Of a stretch of DNA of 64,000 bases, positions 61,272-64,000 are shown in pieces. Location: contig JBCKTV010000002.1 in NCBI GenBank assembly GCA_038925365.1, positions 5,713 to 69,712 on the forward strand. The letters run 5' to 3'. Numbering within the stretch: the stretch's first letter is position 1; the number at the start of each line of letters is the position of its first letter. This DNA is from Gallionellaceae bacterium. Its GTDB lineage: Bacteria; Pseudomonadota; Gammaproteobacteria; Burkholderiales; Gallionellaceae. The notes under the pieces were generated by a model. That model was not told where the DNA came from, made no database searches, and was given only the letters and a program-made list of their open reading frames with translations. Both the position numbers and the translations under genes were made by a program.

Positions 61272-61372
61272 TATTTAATTCCTGGTTATTTTAATGATGG
61301 CATGTTAACGCAAAGTATCCTTCAATAGAGCAGCCTGCCTCCTGTTCCATACTAAAAGCCGCACCTGCAAAT

Positions 61373-61403
61373 GCATAACGGCGCCACTAGGGCGCCGTTA
61401 TGC
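61373..61403 (-). terminator. 13-bp GC-rich hairpin downstream of the DsrE-like gene
   Basis: GCATAACGGCGCCactagGGCGCCGTTATGC. The U tract is weak. Confidence 0.5.
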
Positions 61404-61436
61404 AAAGTTACAAAGCTTTGTTACACCCAATACATA

Positions 61437-61856
61437 CTATGGGCGAATATAAGCGTAACCTTCTTTTTGTTTTTGCATCAGTTCAACAACACCTGCTTTC
61501 ACATAGCTGGTATTTGGCAGCATATCGGCAGCGGTCAACTTCTGACCTTTCATGCTATTTTCGCATGCCACAATAGTTACATTGGCCTTTTTAGCATCCT
61601 CAATACGGCCTGCAACCGTTGAATCTAACTTCAACATGGGCATTGCGGGACCAAACACAACGATCTCTACATCAACTTTATCTGCACCAAATTCTTGTTG
61701 TACGTTTTTTGCGACATTGAGTGCAAGGTTCCATTTGGCAGGTTCCGCATCACTAACTTGAATAATAACTTTTTCTTTCGCTGCTGCGGTTGCTACCTGT
61801 GATGCAAAAACCATGGAAAGTGCAAGTGCAGCAACAACTAACTTGATGTATTTCAT
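61437..61856 (-). CDS. secreted DsrE/DsrF-like family protein (COG1416-like)
   Basis: Signal peptide. KVIIQVSD...VEIVVFGP...IVACENS...GYAYIRP pattern of the small DsrE-like family. Confidence 0.65.
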   Translation of the reverse strand: MKYIKLVVAALALSMVFASQVATAAAKEKVIIQVSDAEPAKWNLALNVAKNVQQEFGADKVDVEIVVFGPAMPMLKLDSTVAGRIEDAKKANVTIVACENSMKGQKLTAADMLPNTSYVKAGVVELMQKQKEGYAYIRP

Positions 61857-61910
61857 TTTAACTTCCTCCGTTTATTATTAAGGTGCAACTGACACAGCAG
61901 TCACAAGCTT

Positions 61911-61938
61911 TAGACGTAGCGACTGCTTGAATTATTCC
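61911..61938 (-). promoter_or_regulatory. candidate ECF-type promoter for the DsrE-like gene
   Basis: The minus strand reads GGAAT-aattcaagcagtcgcta(17)-CGTCTAA, about 55 nt upstream of the ATG at 61856. Confidence 0.5.
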
Positions 61939-61985
61939 ATTAATTTTAAAAAATTATTCTTGTTGACATTTTACCTGCTGCAATT

Positions 61986-62013
61986 GGAATATTTCACTAC
62001 ATCCTTACGTCTT
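61986..62013 (+). promoter_or_regulatory. candidate autoregulatory ECF-type promoter for the sigma/anti-sigma operon
   Basis: GGAAT-atttcactacatcctta(17)-CGTCTT, 42 nt upstream of the ATG at 62055. Confidence 0.5.
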
Positions 62014-62054
62014 ATAATGACTATCATTCATCACTATTCGGCGTTCGCATCCAT

Positions 62055-62615
62055 ATGAACATTCTGTCCTTGTTTTGCAGCCCTAATGATTTTCAGAAGC
62101 AGTTGGAGCAAATACGGCCTAGGCTATATCGCCTTGCCTATTCATGGAGCCACAATGCGGCATTGGCGGATGACCTGGTGCAGGAGACGCTGATTAAAGC
62201 GCTTAAAAATTCCAGTCAATTACGTGACCGCGCTCTGTTAAACAGCTGGCTCTTCAGCATTCTGGCAAATTGCTGGCGTGATCATTTTCGTAAACACAGG
62301 GAAATGGACGATATTGAAGAACTCGATGATTTTCGTTATGCGCACGAAAACACTCCTGAAATCGCACACTCAAAATCGCAGATTATTTCACGTGTTCGCA
62401 GTGCGATTGCACAGCTGCCTCTAGGGCAGCGTCAGGTTCTGACCCTCATCGATCTGGAGGAGCTTTCATATATAGAAGTCGCAGCAATTTTAGATATTCC
62501 CATTGGCACCGTAATGAGCCGCCTGTGCCGAGCCCGCGTATCCATGAAAGCACTATTAAAAGAGCTTGCTCCGCTACAGCCGGAACAAGTCATTCAAATA
62601 AGGAGAATCAAATGA
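62055..62615 (+). CDS. ECF-family RNA polymerase sigma factor
   Basis: Sigma-70 region 2 (DLVQETLIKAL...WLFSILANCWRDHFR) and region 4 (LPLGQRQVLTLIDLEELSYIEVAAILDIPIGTVMSRLCRAR). Confidence 0.9.
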   Translation: MNILSLFCSPNDFQKQLEQIRPRLYRLAYSWSHNAALADDLVQETLIKALKNSSQLRDRALLNSWLFSILANCWRDHFRKHREMDDIEELDDFRYAHENTPEIAHSKSQIISRVRSAIAQLPLGQRQVLTLIDLEELSYIEVAAILDIPIGTVMSRLCRARVSMKALLKELAPLQPEQVIQIRRIK

Positions 62616-63343
62616 TGCCTAATCAAAATATTACCGATGAGCATCTGAATTTATTCGTAGATAATCAGCTTGACTCTGCCGAAAAAAATCAGACATACGA
62701 TGCCATCAGTCAAGATAAGCAATTACAAGAGAAGGTGTGCGCATTACGCGGATTGAAAGAGGTGATTCAACATGCATACAGCCATCCTCCAGCAGTCGTG
62801 CGGCCCTCAGCAAGAGAACTTCGCTCATGGGCTCCAAATTATCAAGCCCTAGCTGCATGCCTGTTGCTATTACTTGGCGGTGTTTCCGGCTGGCTAACAC
62901 ATGCATGGGCAAGCAGAGAGAGCAATCGCGAGATAACAAGCATGATACAGGCCGTGCAACGCAGCGATGTCGCCTCAGAGACGCGCAAAGTAATTATTCA
63001 CGTTAGCAATTCAAGCCCAATGAAAATCATAACCGCCTTGGATGAAACAGAAGGCCTGCTGAATAACTACAGGCGCGCCAATCGACAAATTCAAGTTGAA
63101 ATAATTACCAATAAGCGAGGTGTAGATTTGCTACGTTCAGATGTATCAGCCCATAAGAAACGTATCAGTCTGATGCAGGAAAAGTATCCCAATCTGAGCT
63201 TTATGGTATGCGGCAAAACCATCAGCAAATTACGTAACGATGGTGAAAGTGTAGCTCTGCTCCCGCATACGGGAATAGCCACTTCAGCCGCCGACCAAAT
63301 TCAAAAACGAATGCACCAGGGGTGGGGCTACATCAAGATATAA
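62612..63343 (+). CDS. membrane anti-sigma factor with a periplasmic DsrE-like domain
   Basis: ATGA overlap with the sigma gene. Short N-terminal cytoplasmic segment and one TM helix (ALAACLLLLLGGVSGWL). The C-terminal roughly 130 aa (KVIIHVSN...VEIITN...FMVCGKT...GWGYIKI) parallel the 61437-61856 protein. Confidence 0.65.
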   Translation: MMPNQNITDEHLNLFVDNQLDSAEKNQTYDAISQDKQLQEKVCALRGLKEVIQHAYSHPPAVVRPSARELRSWAPNYQALAACLLLLLGGVSGWLTHAWASRESNREITSMIQAVQRSDVASETRKVIIHVSNSSPMKIITALDETEGLLNNYRRANRQIQVEIITNKRGVDLLRSDVSAHKKRISLMQEKYPNLSFMVCGKTISKLRNDGESVALLPHTGIATSAADQIQKRMHQGWGYIKI

Positions 63344-63856
63344 AGGCTTAGGTGAATTTTATCGTCTTATTTTCGCAACAAACAAGGAGCTATATTAGCC
63401 CTCTCTAAAATACTTCAGCATACCTTTGAAATTTATATTTCATCATTTTCCTATAGGCCAGAATCCAGTCTAATCAAACATATTGCTGCTCCATCTTCGC
63501 GTGGACAACGACATTTTTAGAGGTGCCCTTGATCTTGGCAACGGCAGCCATGTCACCTAGACGGGATAAAATAGAAAAAATCGCTTGTCAGATATGGATC
63601 AAATTGCGTAAACTGCTGAAGTCGATTATTTATGAACGTCGGTCTCTCCAGGAAATATGGTTTGATTCGAAATATTTGCCCATCGATAGTAGAAGTGGAT
63701 GTGAAGTTTGCCCGAGGCAAGTGCTCAACAAATTTCAAAACATTAATACTGTTTTTTGGCAAAAATAATCACATAGGTGAGAATAAAAGAAAGTTGATCA
63801 GAATACCGATTACATAGAGAAGTATTTAAGTTTAATTTTATTTGAGGGGTTGTGAA

Positions 63857-64000
63857 ATGGATCAATTACGTAGAACATTTTTTAAGAGCGCCGGAATTGC
63901 CGGTTCCATAGTGGTTGCTATCGGCGCAGGTTTGCTTAAGTCTGGCGAAGTATTGGCAGCAGCTTGGAATACAAGTGCATTCACAGCAAAAAATATGCCT
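63857..64000 (+). CDS. Tat-signal periplasmic protein, SoxY-like N-terminus (3'-truncated by the window end)
   Basis: ATG preceded by GAGGGG. MDQLRRTFFKSAGIAG twin-arginine signal, then AAAWNTSAFTAKNMP, which resembles SoxY N-termini. Only 48 codons are visible. Confidence 0.45.
   Translation, partial: MDQLRRTFFKSAGIAGSIVVAIGAGLLKSGEVLAAAWNTSAFTAKNMP

Noticed and set aside
61964-61995. A sigma-70 type promoter (TTGACA at 61964) for the ECF sigma gene.
   Set aside because: The -35 hexamer is perfect, but the best -10 candidates at 17-18 nt spacing (GGAATA and GAATAT) match TATAAT at only 3 of 6 positions. The ECF-type motif fits better. A weak housekeeping promoter cannot be excluded.
63344-63856. 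The 513-bp AT-rich gap upstream of the SoxY-like gene. I looked for a third GGAAT-N17-CGTCT promoter, and I considered the small ORFs 63523..63768 and 63632..63817 as genes.
   Set aside because: No match with correct spacing was found; only TGAAG-N15-CGTC at about 63616-63639. The small ORFs lack ribosome-binding sites and have AT-rich, low-complexity translations. The region remains unexplained.

Overview
This 64-kb chromosomal segment is about 50% GC and densely coding, mostly on the minus strand. Its gene content looks like a betaproteobacterium, but that is inference only because no database search was possible.

Conserved housekeeping blocks:
- riboflavin genes in two groups, ribBA-ribH-nusB and ribD-ribE, with nrdR and glyA
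- thiL-pgpA, lpxH and ppiA
- PBP1B, pmbA/yjgA, aat-bpt and pyrD
- an Fbp-type iron ABC transporter

Accessory and signalling blocks:
- a MoxR-DUF58-DUF4381-BatA-BatB/C-BatD operon, interrupted by a Fic ('mobile mystery protein A/B') cassette and a TauE-like permease gene
- a soxX-soxA pair with a SoxH-like MBL hydrolase
- two two-component modules (a hybrid histidine kinase, and an MHYT kinase with a REC-PAS-GGDEF-EAL protein)
- a BrnT/BrnA toxin-antitoxin cassette
- a sulfur, chromate and copper related cluster: MBL/persulfide-dioxygenase-like gene, ArsR-rhodanese regulator, chrB, frameshifted chrA, rhodanese, PCuAC, DUF302, a secreted DsrE-like protein, an ECF sigma/anti-sigma pair and a Tat-signal SoxY-like gene cut by the window end

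I saw no rRNA gene, tRNA gene, CRISPR array, transposase or integrase.

Signals most worth follow-up:
1. An AT-rich intergenic element present 14 times, whose core fits the IHF consensus. One copy lies in frame inside a fused batB/batC ORF.
2. A C/G-tract palindromic REP/MITE-like family with 7 copies.
3. Two integrase-less two-gene cassettes (Fic and BrnTA), each bounded by roughly 50-bp duplications of host gene termini.
4. An ECF sigma/anti-sigma pair whose anti-sigma carries a periplasmic DsrE-like domain. It sits next to a secreted DsrE-like paralogue, and twin divergent GGAAT-N17-CGTCT promoters are visible between them.
5. A chrA frameshift in a G5 run.

All family assignments come from motif recognition by eye. 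Repeat coordinates are accurate to a few nucleotides only.
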